Virus record (IMG/VR): IMGVR_UViG_3300023707_000001
DNA length: 64,000 nt
Reading direction: 5' to 3' (one strand)
DNA from: a virus
Taxonomy: Duplodnaviria; Heunggongvirae; Uroviricota; Caudoviricetes
Below are positions 31,536-39,319 of the stretch, piece after piece (position 1 is the stretch's first letter; every line of letters begins with the position of its first letter). A model generated the notes under the pieces. The model worked only from the letters and a program-made list of their open reading frames with translations, was not told the origin of the DNA and searched no databases. The translations under genes were made by a program, and so were the position numbers.

Positions 31536-32417
31536 TTACTTCAAGAAGTCGGCTCCAAGGATGAAACCGCCGTTCTGACCGCTAATCTGAGGGAGCTTTC
31601 CGTCCCACTTAGAGATTGCATTCTGCTGGAGTACGCCGGGCGTCAAAGACTGTTGCAACTTGGCGTTAGCCTGTGCCTGGCCTTCCGCTTCAATCAATGC
31701 AGCATCAGCTTTACCCTTTGCTGCCACACGGGCCTTTTCAGCTTCAACTTCGGCCTGCTGTTTTTCAATCTTGGCCTGCTGGAGTGCATTCTGGGCATTT
31801 ACAACGTTCTGGATTGCCGTTGCCGTAGCCTCATCTGGCACCACGTCAGACAGATTGAAAGTCTCAATTACAATACCGCAATCTTCAAGGTCAGCCTTGA
31901 ACGTTTCGTAAATCTTCTGGTTGATTTCAGGACGCTTATCGCCTACCAGTTCCATCAAAGAATACTGGGAGGTGATATTATTGAGCGCTTCGTACATGGC
32001 ATTCTTCATGTACCCTGATTCAATCGATTTAATGTCCTGGCCGCGGAACTTAGCAAAAACGGTCGGAAGCTTCTCCGGATCCATATGGTAAGCATACGTT
32101 ACCGAAACGTTGACCTGTTTGCCATCCCGTGTGTTTACATTGACGGACTTATCGGTTTTCTTGTCCTTATCGTCGCCATCTACAGAATTTTTCGTGTAGT
32201 ACACGGTTTCCGTGGATATCGGATATTCGCTCACGTGTTTCCACGGTGCTACCATATGGAAACCCTGACCGAGCGTTTCGCTTTCAATGCCGCCATCCAT
32301 GTTATAGATGACTCCTGCATAGCCCGGACCGATGCGTGTTACGCAAAGAAACGCAATCACCGCAAACAGTGCCATGGCGCCTAAGATTCCTACCAAACCA
32401 AGACCTTTGTTTTCCAA
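31536..32417 (-). CDS. SPFH/band-7 (prohibitin/HflC-like) membrane protein
   Basis: N-terminal TM helix then an SPFH-like body with a coiled-coil tail; AGGAGG RBS 8 nt upstream. Confidence 0.65.
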   Translation of the reverse strand: MENKGLGLVGILGAMALFAVIAFLCVTRIGPGYAGVIYNMDGGIESETLGQGFHMVAPWKHVSEYPISTETVYYTKNSVDGDDKDKKTDKSVNVNTRDGKQVNVSVTYAYHMDPEKLPTVFAKFRGQDIKSIESGYMKNAMYEALNNITSQYSLMELVGDKRPEINQKIYETFKADLEDCGIVIETFNLSDVVPDEATATAIQNVVNAQNALQQAKIEKQQAEVEAEKARVAAKGKADAALIEAEGQAQANAKLQQSLTPGVLQQNAISKWDGKLPQISGQNGGFILGADFLK

Positions 32418-32445
32418 AATATAATTCCTCCTCTTTCCCGGCTTT

Positions 32446-32571
32446 TTAGCCGAACAACTTTTTTAGGGTATCCTTAATCTCACGTCCTACTTCATTGGCA
32501 TAATGAATTCCGAAGAATACAAACAAGCCAATAAAAGCAACTGTAAGACAAAGAATCATTGCTCTCATCAT
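32446..32571 (-). CDS. small single-TM protein (41 aa) upstream of the SPFH gene
   Basis: Not in the ORF track: MMRAMILCLTVAFIGLFVFFGIHYANEVGREIKDTLKKLFG with a GGGGGAG RBS; co-oriented with and adjacent to the SPFH gene. Confidence 0.45.
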   Translation of the reverse strand: MMRAMILCLTVAFIGLFVFFGIHYANEVGREIKDTLKKLFG

Positions 32572-32588
32572 TGTGAAAACTCCCCCTT

Positions 32589-32681
32589 ATATAATTACTG
32601 GCGGACAGGGCACGATTCGAACGCGCGCGCCGCATCACTGCGACCTAGTGAGGTTCAAGCTCACCCTCTTCAACCACTTGA
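32589..32681 (-). tRNA. tRNA-Ser(TGA), type II
   Basis: Reverse complement folds as GGACAGG/CCTGTCC acceptor, anticodon loop CTTGAAC, long variable arm, T-loop TTCGAAT and encoded CCA. Confidence 0.75.
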
Positions 32682-33066
32682 GTACCTGTCCATGATAAAT
32701 GCGGCAATGAGTATTCAGACGGTTCCCCTACACTGACGGGACCTTTCGGGCGTTTATTTATTGTCTCCGCCCGAAGAAGATACCTGCAGCCGCATGTAGC
32801 AGGCATATTTATAGTGTTTGCGCACTTGGAGCTGTTGGAATTGCACAGACTTCGCATCCGGAATTGAAGCCTGTACGCACCAACACTTATTACCACCAGG
32901 ACGCCCGTCGGCGTGTCGGGAATCGAAACCCGCTCTTACTGTCCAATGTAGGAACTCCTTATAAAGGGAAACCCTGGACTCGAACCAGGCTGACCACCAC
33001 GGACCCCGCAGGGCGTCGGGAATCGAACCCGAATGCTCTTTTCCGCCACCTGACGTTTCCCATAAT

Positions 33067-33143
33067 ATGGTGCCCCTCCAGAGATTCGAACTCTGACTGT
33101 ACCGGGCTTAAACCGGTTGCCTCTGCCAATTGGGCTAGAAGGG
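33067..33143 (-). tRNA. tRNA with anticodon TAA (Leu-decoding) but short variable arm (atypical type I)
   Basis: Acceptor GCCCTTC/GAGGGGC, anticodon arm ACCGG-TTTAAGC-CCGGT, T-arm CAGAG-TTCGAAT-CTCTG, CCA encoded. Confidence 0.5.
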
Positions 33144-33149
33144 CATAAT

Positions 33150-33236
33150 ATGGTGCGCCTAGCAAGACTTGAACTTGCACGGTATCACTACCAGGAGATT
33201 TTGAATCTCCCATGTCTGCCAATTCCATCATAGGCG
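33150..33236 (-). tRNA. tRNA-Leu(CAA), type II
   Basis: Acceptor GCGCCTA/TAGGCGC, anticodon arm GGAGA-TTCAAAA-TCTCC, variable hairpin GGTA-GTGA-TACC, CCA encoded. Confidence 0.75.
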
Positions 33237-33242
33237 CATAAT

Positions 33243-33319
33243 ATGGTGTGATTGGTGCGATTTGAACGCACGACCTGCCGCTTAGGAGGCGGCTGCTCTA
33301 TCCAACTGAGCTACAACCA
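33243..33319 (-). tRNA. tRNA-Arg(CCT)
   Basis: Acceptor GTGGTTG/CAATCAC, D-arm GCTCAGTTGGATAGAGC, anticodon loop CTCCTAA, T-loop TTCAAAT, CCA. Confidence 0.75.
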
Positions 33320-33325
33320 CATGAT

Positions 33326-33388
33326 ATGGAGGCTTGGGCCGGGATCGAACCGGCGTGAAACGGTTTTGCAGACCGTTGCCTAACCACT
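33326..33388 (-). tRNA. tRNA-Cys(GCA), 3' portion only (gene interrupted by the IscB element)
   Basis: AAGTGGTTAGGC-AACGGT-CTGCAAA-ACCGT...GCCGG-TTCGATC-CCGGC-CCAAGCC-T-CCA closely matches bacterial tRNA-Cys from the D-loop onward. The 5' acceptor strand GGCTTGG is missing locally and is found 1.6 kb away at 34994-35003. Confidence 0.55.
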
Positions 33389-33390
33389 TA

Positions 33391-33437
33391 AAACGCGGCG
33401 CGGGGGACTCCACCCTCTACAGAGTGGAGGTGAGCGC
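33391..33437 (-). terminator. nested GC-rich hairpin at iscB 3' end (terminator or IS right-end structure)
   Basis: gcggcgc-ggggga-ctccac-cctctacaga-gtggag-gtga-gcgccgc: a 7-bp outer and 6-bp inner stem. Confidence 0.35.
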
Positions 33438-34685
33438 CGCTTCTCTCCTTTCGACTAAATACGAATTATTATGCATCAAAAATGTTATTTTTGATGGTGC
33501 TACTTCAGCCTTAGTTCCGTCTAGGTGCTTTAAGACAAAAGAACCTTTGACTCTCATACCTCTCACAAACCAGCATTGCTTTTGATAAAACACTGTGTCA
33601 TTTAAGCAGAACCCCCGAACAATATGTCCGGCTTGTGCTCGCTTACGAACGCCGCCTTTTGCTGGCACTTCGCGATGCAACTTACGGTTATGCCGACGAA
33701 TTTGTTTACGAAGATATTCGTAGTTGAGCCGTTCTGCATTGATATTGCCCGCAATACAGTAGGCGTCTGCCGAATGTGTTTTTGTAATACCATTTTTGAT
33801 GCGAGTGTTTTTCGTGATGTAGCCGTATGTTAAATGCACATCAGGATATTGCTCTTTAAGCTTGTTGTAAAAAGCCCAACGCATAATTCCCATGAAAGTC
33901 GCGTCTCGGAATCTCATGCCACGATGTATTGTCTTCGGTAAAGAGATATTGCCTTGATGATATCCCTGATGGCAGGTTTCACAAAGCGTTATCAGGTTAT
34001 TCGGCGCATTGCCTCCAGTCATACGACTTTCAATATGATGTACATTGAGTATTGGGTCGCCAGAACTCCCTTTACAGCACTGACATTGATGACCATCACG
34101 GAATAATACGTATTCACGAACATTCGCCCATCCAAACTGTTCTCCCTGCTGATATTCGACCCCAGAAATATCAGGATTCTTGATTTTCTGAATATCGAAT
34201 TGAGCTACTTCTACAATAACTTTCGTTACCGGAAGAATCTTATGGATATCCGCCACAAGCTTTAGATGAACATTGATTTTGTTCTCCACGCTTGGCGCAA
34301 GCCAACCTTTGTGTTTACGGCGAACCCGATTCAAAAATCTTACTTTGCGATACCGTGTCTTGCGGTTCCGGCGACTGTGACGAAGTTCTAACCGTTTAGC
34401 CAAAAGCCTTACAATAGATGCTTTGCCATCACCAGAGCGCATAATCGTTTCTGAAGCATATAATTCTTGTTTCTCTGTTGATGCTGAGGCTCCGATATGT
34501 ACAGAGCCAGCATCAATACCAAGAGTTATTGGCTGTTTATAGCCAGCTGAGCCATATTTCAACTTAATTGTAAACGGCTCATATTTTACAACCATAGCTT
34601 TGTTTTCCCTCAGCAGCTTTCTAGCTTTCTGAGGTTTACAAGGCATTAACGGTTGTCCGTTTTTATTGATAACGTACACGAACAT
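33417..34685 (-). CDS. iscB: IscB (OMEGA RNA-guided nuclease, Cas9 ancestor)
   Basis: 422 aa with N-terminal PLMP domain (VINKNGQPLMPC), RuvC-I (LGIDAGS), Arg-rich bridge helix, HNH (CQCC...NVHHIESR...N..LCETCH) and RuvC-III. AGGAGG RBS 8 nt upstream. Confidence 0.85.
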   Translation of the reverse strand: MFVYVINKNGQPLMPCKPQKARKLLRENKAMVVKYEPFTIKLKYGSAGYKQPITLGIDAGSVHIGASASTEKQELYASETIMRSGDGKASIVRLLAKRLELRHSRRNRKTRYRKVRFLNRVRRKHKGWLAPSVENKINVHLKLVADIHKILPVTKVIVEVAQFDIQKIKNPDISGVEYQQGEQFGWANVREYVLFRDGHQCQCCKGSSGDPILNVHHIESRMTGGNAPNNLITLCETCHQGYHQGNISLPKTIHRGMRFRDATFMGIMRWAFYNKLKEQYPDVHLTYGYITKNTRIKNGITKTHSADAYCIAGNINAERLNYEYLRKQIRRHNRKLHREVPAKGGVRKRAQAGHIVRGFCLNDTVFYQKQCWFVRGMRVKGSFVLKHLDGTKAEVAPSKITFLMHNNSYLVERREAALTSTL

Positions 34686-34993
34686 AACGTGTACCTCCTT
34701 TCCGAAGCTGAAGCTTCAAATTAGAGTAAATCTACCCTTCGCCAATGTTGTAATCGCTTGCCCGCAATGGCGGGCCGTCCTTAGGTTGACCGTTCCTCCT
34801 CTCAGAACTTTTACAGAGCCTACACAGAGCGGGGAGCTAGGATAAACACCCACGGGTGTGATAACGAAAACAACGTAGTCCGAGGCTTTTTCAAGCACTT
34901 GTCTAATACCGGACTTAGGCTAGTCGGTAAGAGCTTGCTTTCGCAAGCTCCCGCCTTCAAGCGCAAAGCGCTAGACGGGGGTTATTGACTAGA
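34686..34993 (-). ncRNA. IscB omegaRNA (HEARO-like), 5' guide expected at the tRNA-Cys junction
   Basis: About 300 nt directly upstream of iscB, ORF-free and hairpin-dense (GGGAGCTTGC-GAAA-GCAAGCTC, ACACCCGTGGGTGT, GCCCGC-CATT-GCGGGC), running up to the tRNA 5' fragment. Confidence 0.6.
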
Positions 34994-35003
34994 CTACCAA
35001 GCC
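34994..35003 (-). tRNA. tRNA-Cys(GCA) 5' fragment (GGCTTGGTAG)
   Basis: Exact complement of the 3' acceptor strand CCAAGCC at 33329-33335; it sits directly after the array spacer CATAATAAGG. Confidence 0.4.
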
Positions 35004-35011
35004 ATAATAAG

Positions 35012-35160
35012 GGGCAGTGGCGGGAATCGAACCCGCAACCAGCATCACCTATAAACTGTTTGCAACCAGTGTTATAGGCATGTTCTGTTTTATATCGGCG
35101 CAACCATTTCGTTAAGAGTCCTGTTTGCAACCAGAAAACTTAATATAGCCGACACTGCCA
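35012..35160 (-). tRNA. tRNA-like gene with ~70-nt internal duplication (probable pseudogene)
   Basis: Acceptor GGCAGTG/CACTGCC and T-arm GCGGG-TTCGATT-CCCGC are 149 nt apart; the anticodon-like module CTGGTTGCAAACAG occurs twice. Confidence 0.3.
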
Positions 35161-35169
35161 TGATAATAT

Positions 35170-35245
35170 TGGTCGGGATGACAGAATTCGAACCTGCGGC
35201 CTCCTGCTCCCAAAGCAGGCGCTGCCACCACTGAGCTACACGCGG
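35170..35245 (-). tRNA. tRNA-Pro(TGG)-like, acceptor stem not complementary (possible pseudogene)
   Basis: D-arm TAGCTCAGTGGTGGCAGC, anticodon arm CCTGC-TTTGGGA-GCAGG, T-loop TTCGAAT and CCA are present, but 5' CCGCGTG does not pair with 3' CATCCCG. Confidence 0.4.
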
Positions 35246-35579
35246 ATGATAGATATCCGGTTCGCAGGGAGCTCGACTAAGCGGTTGCCCTTTGTAGATA
35301 TCTTCACTATGCATCTTATCCTCTCTTCGCCGCATCGAGTCGGGAGCTACACCTAACTCTTTGGATAATACGCATAAAAATATTCAACTCGATGTACATA
35401 ATAAAGTCCGGAAGGTGTCCCGGTCTTGCCCCGGCTACTCACTTTTGTTTTGAGCTTTTGCCGGTGCCGATATATGGCCATATGACTTGTCCGTATCTTT
35501 ATCATACGGGAAAAGCCGACGCCAATATACCAGCGTTCTTTTCCTTCATCGTCAGACGTTAGCCTGATTTTGAAGATGA

Positions 35580-35662
35580 TGGCAGGGGTAACTGGACTCG
35601 AACCAGTGTAAGTAAATCGGAGCTTCAAAGGCTCCCGCCTTAACCAACTTGGCTATACCCCT
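35580..35662 (-). tRNA. tRNA-Gln(TTG) with unusually long (11 nt) variable region
   Basis: Acceptor AGGGGTA/TACCCCT, D-arm GCC-AAGTTGGTTAA-GGC, anticodon arm GGAGC-CTTTGAA-GCTCC, T-arm ACTGG-TTCGAGT-CCAGT, CCA. Confidence 0.6.
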
Positions 35663-35667
35663 AAGAT

Positions 35668-35724
35668 GAGGGACGGCAGGGTTCGAACCTGCGACGCATT
35701 GCGCCCGCCTCTCAACGACCCCTC
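35668..35724 (-). ncRNA. ~57-nt anticodon-arm-less tRNA-like element (mini-tRNA)
   Basis: Acceptor-like stem plus intact T-arm GCAGG-TTCGAAC-CCTGC, with only about 23 nt between them. Confidence 0.3.
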
Positions 35725-35963
35725 ATAAGTGGAAGGCTGTATTCCTTTCGTGCACAGCACACCGAAGCACTACCCAGAATGTTATACTGTCTGAGCGCAG
35801 TTGTTTCTTGAACAATAGCTAAAAAGGCTTTCGCCCGTACAACTCTCAATCTTTATTAAGAGCTCTACGGGCGCCTGAACCGAAGTTCAGAGCGCTCGCT
35901 ATTTTGTTTGTTTCTTAGAAAAAGGAGAGGAACTTACAAGGCTTTCGCCTTGCTTATTCCATA

Positions 35964-35995
35964 TGGTGGACCCCCTCGGACTTGAACCGAGGACC
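35964..35995 (-). tRNA. tRNA 3' remnant (T-arm + acceptor 3' strand + CCA) abutting the HNH endonuclease gene
   Basis: CTCGG-TTCAAGT-CCGAG-GGGGTCC-A-CCA; no matching 5' half. The HNH gene's stop codon is 19 nt away. Confidence 0.4.
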
Positions 35996-36013
35996 CGCGT
36001 CCACTGATTTTGT

Positions 36014-36643
36014 TTATGCGCCATACTTTTCGTACGACTTTATCCATTTTGCTATGGCCTTACCAGAAACGCCATAGCGCCGTCCCATCTCAGATTTGTT
36101 GCGACCAACTTCTTCATACTCTTTGAAGAATTCTTCTTTCGTTGGACGCACCGTCTTTCTTGCCCAGGGACGTATATTTCCTAAGACCGCTTCATCGACA
36201 TCATAATGGTTACAGAATTTTTCTTTTTCCATCGCTTTTTTTGCAACTTTTTCTTCTGCTATACGAACTCTTTCTTTTAGTGGAACAATCCATTTTTCGT
36301 ATTCATTAAGTTTGTGCTGTCCTTTAGCATGTTCTTCGGCATGGCAGTTAGCGCAAAGAAGAACACATTTGTCTAATTCCTTTTTTAAGCGATGCCAGCC
36401 GAGATTGTATTTTTGTCCAATGCCAAAATTCTTTTGCTGGGGGTCGAGATGATGGAATACCAATGCATTTTCGCATTTATCGTATCCGCATACCTGACAT
36501 TTCCTGCCTTTGTACTTAACAGCTCTTTGTTTCAAAAGCTTTTTTCTATAGTTTTGTCTGCAAGTGTTACAAATGTCTTTTGAGTGTCCTTTACTGCGGC
36601 CATATTCATATTCATTGCCACAAACTTTACATACATATTTCAA
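36014..36643 (-). CDS. HNH homing endonuclease with C-terminal HTH
   Basis: HNH core VFHHLDP...N...LLCANCH with a flanking Zn-ribbon CKVCG...CNTC; C-terminal GRRYGVSGKAIAKWIKS helix-turn-helix. Confidence 0.7.
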   Translation of the reverse strand: MKYVCKVCGNEYEYGRSKGHSKDICNTCRQNYRKKLLKQRAVKYKGRKCQVCGYDKCENALVFHHLDPQQKNFGIGQKYNLGWHRLKKELDKCVLLCANCHAEEHAKGQHKLNEYEKWIVPLKERVRIAEEKVAKKAMEKEKFCNHYDVDEAVLGNIRPWARKTVRPTKEEFFKEYEEVGRNKSEMGRRYGVSGKAIAKWIKSYEKYGA

Positions 36644-36725
36644 TTCATATCACCGTAGGCAACATTACCTATTGTGTGAACTTAAAACATGATGTTAGTT
36701 CAAAAAGTGCTCACAAATTAATTAA

Positions 36726-36804
36726 TGGTCCAGGCGGTGGGACTTGAACCCACGTAAGACACGGCTTATAAGGCCGCCGCTACCACCAACTTAGCTACGC
36801 CTGG
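36726..36804 (-). tRNA. tRNA-Ile(TAT) (AUA decoder)
   Basis: Acceptor CCAGGCG/CGCCTGG, D-arm GCTA-AGTTGGTGG-TAGC, anticodon arm GCGGC-CTTATAA-GCCGT, T-arm GTGGG-TTCAAGT-CCCAC, CCA. Confidence 0.55.
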
Positions 36805-36810
36805 GTAAGG

Positions 36811-36850
36811 TGGACCCCTCAGGGCTTCTAACCAACTGAGCTAGGGGTCC
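36811..36850 (-). ncRNA. ~40-nt tRNA-like hairpin (acceptor stem + D-arm only)
   Basis: GGACCCC-TA-GCTCAGTTGGTTAGAAGC-CCTGA-GGGGTCC-A-CCA. Confidence 0.3.
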
Positions 36851-37113
36851 TTAATCGAGACGACATGGCATTTTGCCGTCTCTAGTGAGTTTTTTTGCTA
36901 ACGTCGGGAGTTCGCCTACTCCCTCGATACACCTATCGCGGTATTCTGCGCTTGACATCTATAACGGCCAGTCAAGTCTCCGGCAGGTTATGGTTTTCTG
37001 CATACCATTTCCGCACCTGGTTGCCTTGCAGGCTCTCATTTACCCTTTGTTTCAGTTAGATAATTGCGCACTCATCATTGCCTATTCCTCAGGGTAAACT
37101 AAAACGGATTCCT

Positions 37114-37141
37114 CCCCGCTGAGACGCTAACCTCGTTGGGG
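37114..37141 (+). promoter_or_regulatory. conserved hairpin, ACGCTAAC loop variant (cccc-gctgag-ACGCTAAC-ctcgtt-gggg)
   Basis: Member of a 5-copy family with invariant loop and covarying stems. Confidence 0.4.
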
Positions 37142-37706
37142 ACATGATATAAACGGGAATGTTGCTGCGGTAGCTGCAAATCCTACCGCAACTCCCGTGA
37201 TACTTTTACGAAGCTCGAAACGGAGGATGCCAACCCGTCATTCTACAGACTCGTCCTTTGCAGTGGACTACTGATGGCCCCTTTATTATATAATTGCGTT
37301 GATACCCGACTGTTAATGCAGTATCCTGGGGCATATAGCCGCCCGCTTTTTGGTTAGTATATGACTCTTCCCGACAGAGCATCATCAGCTAAGTGATGTC
37401 TTGGGGTTTATGTCTTGTCCTTGACAACCGGCTTTGCCTTGTCACGGCATCCCATGATGCTTGGTCTGTCATGGTATCCGCCGAAATCTAACCCTGTCAT
37501 TTCGGTAACTGATTTTCGTACAGTCATTTTTCAGGATGATCAGTCCTGCAATCAGGTTTACGCTGCTTTCTTACGCATAGCAGTAAATACGCGGCGCGGC
37601 AACGCCAATCACCTGTTGGCGCAGGTGTTTTTGCTGTTTCTCGTTCAGCTCCGACAGGTGAATTCAGGCCTGTCCAATTACGCTCTTGTCGCAACCAAGA
37701 GAGGTA

Positions 37707-37761
37707 TCTACTCTGCAGGAATCGAACCTGCTTCTTCCAAAAGGCCACCAGACCAGAGTAC
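37707..37761 (-). ncRNA. ~55-nt anticodon-arm-less tRNA-like element (mini-tRNA)
   Basis: GTACTCT...GCAGG-TTCGATT-CCTGC-AGAGTAG; the middle TCTGGTGGCC... is similar to the 41999-42053 copy. Confidence 0.3.
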
Positions 37762-38761
37762 ATGATATTAGATGCGATAACCGACTTTATAATTCTTCGT
37801 CATCAAGCCAATCTTGAAAACTCATTTTTATCCCCTTTTTAATAAATTACGCGGGCGGAACGACGGAAGTTCCCGCGTGAGGTGCTTTTCTTATCTTAAG
37901 GCGGCAGCACCCTTCCTGCTTGAAGTGCACATCGGCAGGTTATTGCGTTCGGCCGGACTGGCTTACATCTTTTACGCCCTAAACCCGTTGCAAACGTGGG
38001 CGGAGGATTTTTACTGCTTTACTGCAGGTTCTGAAGCTCTCTTGTCAATGTCCGTACGGACTTGCACCGTACACCTCCCCCTTACCGGGGTGCCACTACT
38101 GTTATGACTAAGTATTTGACCTCTACGTCGCCGGACTCTAACACGGCTATTGACTCCTGGGTGCGAGCTCGACATATTCACAGACGCTCCTGCTGTGATG
38201 GGTTTTAATGTCTTTTCCTTGACAATTTTATGGTTGTCACGATTTGGTGAATTTCGTGTGGCAGCACAATTTCCGCTTTTGACTGCAAAAGTCGATAAGC
38301 TTTATTTATCTGCCAATATCTTTTATGAGATTTGTTCATTGAAAGGATGCGGTCGTGAGCCGAAATCGCTTCATGCGCTTTAGCTATACCTGCATTAATA
38401 CTTTCGATTACTTGCTCCGGAAGTTTAGTCTGCATATCTCTCACCATCCTCTGGCAACGGCTGGCCGGTATATATTATGCCACCCACTTTGCCGCATTTA
38501 GGACAATCCCATTTAGCAAGCCATTCCCCCTGCTTGTGCACGGACAACCAACGGTGCATGCAATGCAGGCAGATTACTTCGGCCACTTCATGCGGACTGT
38601 TCTTTTCTTTGTACTCTTGTAAATCAATGACCTTGCTCATGTTCTATCTTCATCGTTCAACATAGATACAGCTCCAATCGCTATTGCCCCAATCATTACA
38701 AGGGCGAAAATTAACATAAAGCCTGCAAAGACACTATCTGCTGCCGTCATACTTACACCTC

Positions 38762-39319
38762 TTAATATCGTATCCTCTTATAAGCTAACCAGTCTGTGGC
38801 ACCCATGAATAAGTTTGCTATGCATTGTGCCGCGATACAATACTCTACACTAATCTGCGTAAAGATTATCGCGATTACGCTGCCTAATAGTGCCGCCGTC
38901 AGATTAACCGTTTTAGACAAGCTGTTCCATTTTGTCAATCTATCGCCCTCAATCTTATGATTGATTGCGTCATTTACCACAGTAAACCAAAGAGTTGATG
39001 ATACGGCATTTAAAACAGCTAAGCCTAAGAATCTGACTTCCGGGATTGATATGCCTTCAAAACTGATAAGCGCGAAACAGACAACATCTATTGCGATTAT
39101 CCATAAGAAGTGATGCCGATAAAAGTCTTTGAGTTTATCTGACTGGATAGATGCGTTTACGCCTGCCGCCAAAGCGGTGGTCAGAATATTGGCCATGGCC
39201 AAAACACTGGAACTTATCAGGCTTATAAAATATATGTGGATAATTGGCGATGTTGCTGAATAAACAAAGTCTACGACAGCAGTACCGCCGAGAAGGTATA
39301 ACTTTACTTTCTTTTCCAT
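38762..39319 (-). CDS. polytopic membrane protein (185 aa)
   Basis: Five to six hydrophobic helices. Confidence 0.45.
   Translation of the reverse strand: MEKKVKLYLLGGTAVVDFVYSATSPIIHIYFISLISSSVLAMANILTTALAAGVNASIQSDKLKDFYRHHFLWIIAIDVVCFALISFEGISIPEVRFLGLAVLNAVSSTLWFTVVNDAINHKIEGDRLTKWNSLSKTVNLTAALLGSVIAIIFTQISVEYCIAAQCIANLFMGATDWLAYKRIRY

Larger units (their letters stand above)
33389..34993 (-). mobile_element. IscB-omegaRNA (IS200/IS605-like, TnpA-less) element inserted in tRNA-Cys
   Basis: Delimited by the two halves of a split tRNA-Cys gene; no tnpA is present. Confidence 0.55.

Noticed and set aside
32700-32890. Sequence ending ...cctgtacgcacca that superficially looks like a plus-strand tRNA 3' end
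   Set aside because: No T-loop, D-arm or complementary acceptor strand could be found on either strand. The region is instead two strong hairpins (ttcgggcg...cgcccgaa; cctgc...gcagg).
33602-33833. Small ORFs inside iscB on both strands (33602..33793, 33624..33833)
   Set aside because: They are fully embedded in the IscB coding sequence, which has contiguous domain homology across them.
33050-35180. Regularly spaced short repeats (cataatatgg) that might suggest a CRISPR array
   Set aside because: The repeats are only about 10 nt, the intervening units are tRNA genes of variable length (77-93 nt), and there is no palindromic CRISPR repeat or cas gene. They are inter-tRNA spacers.
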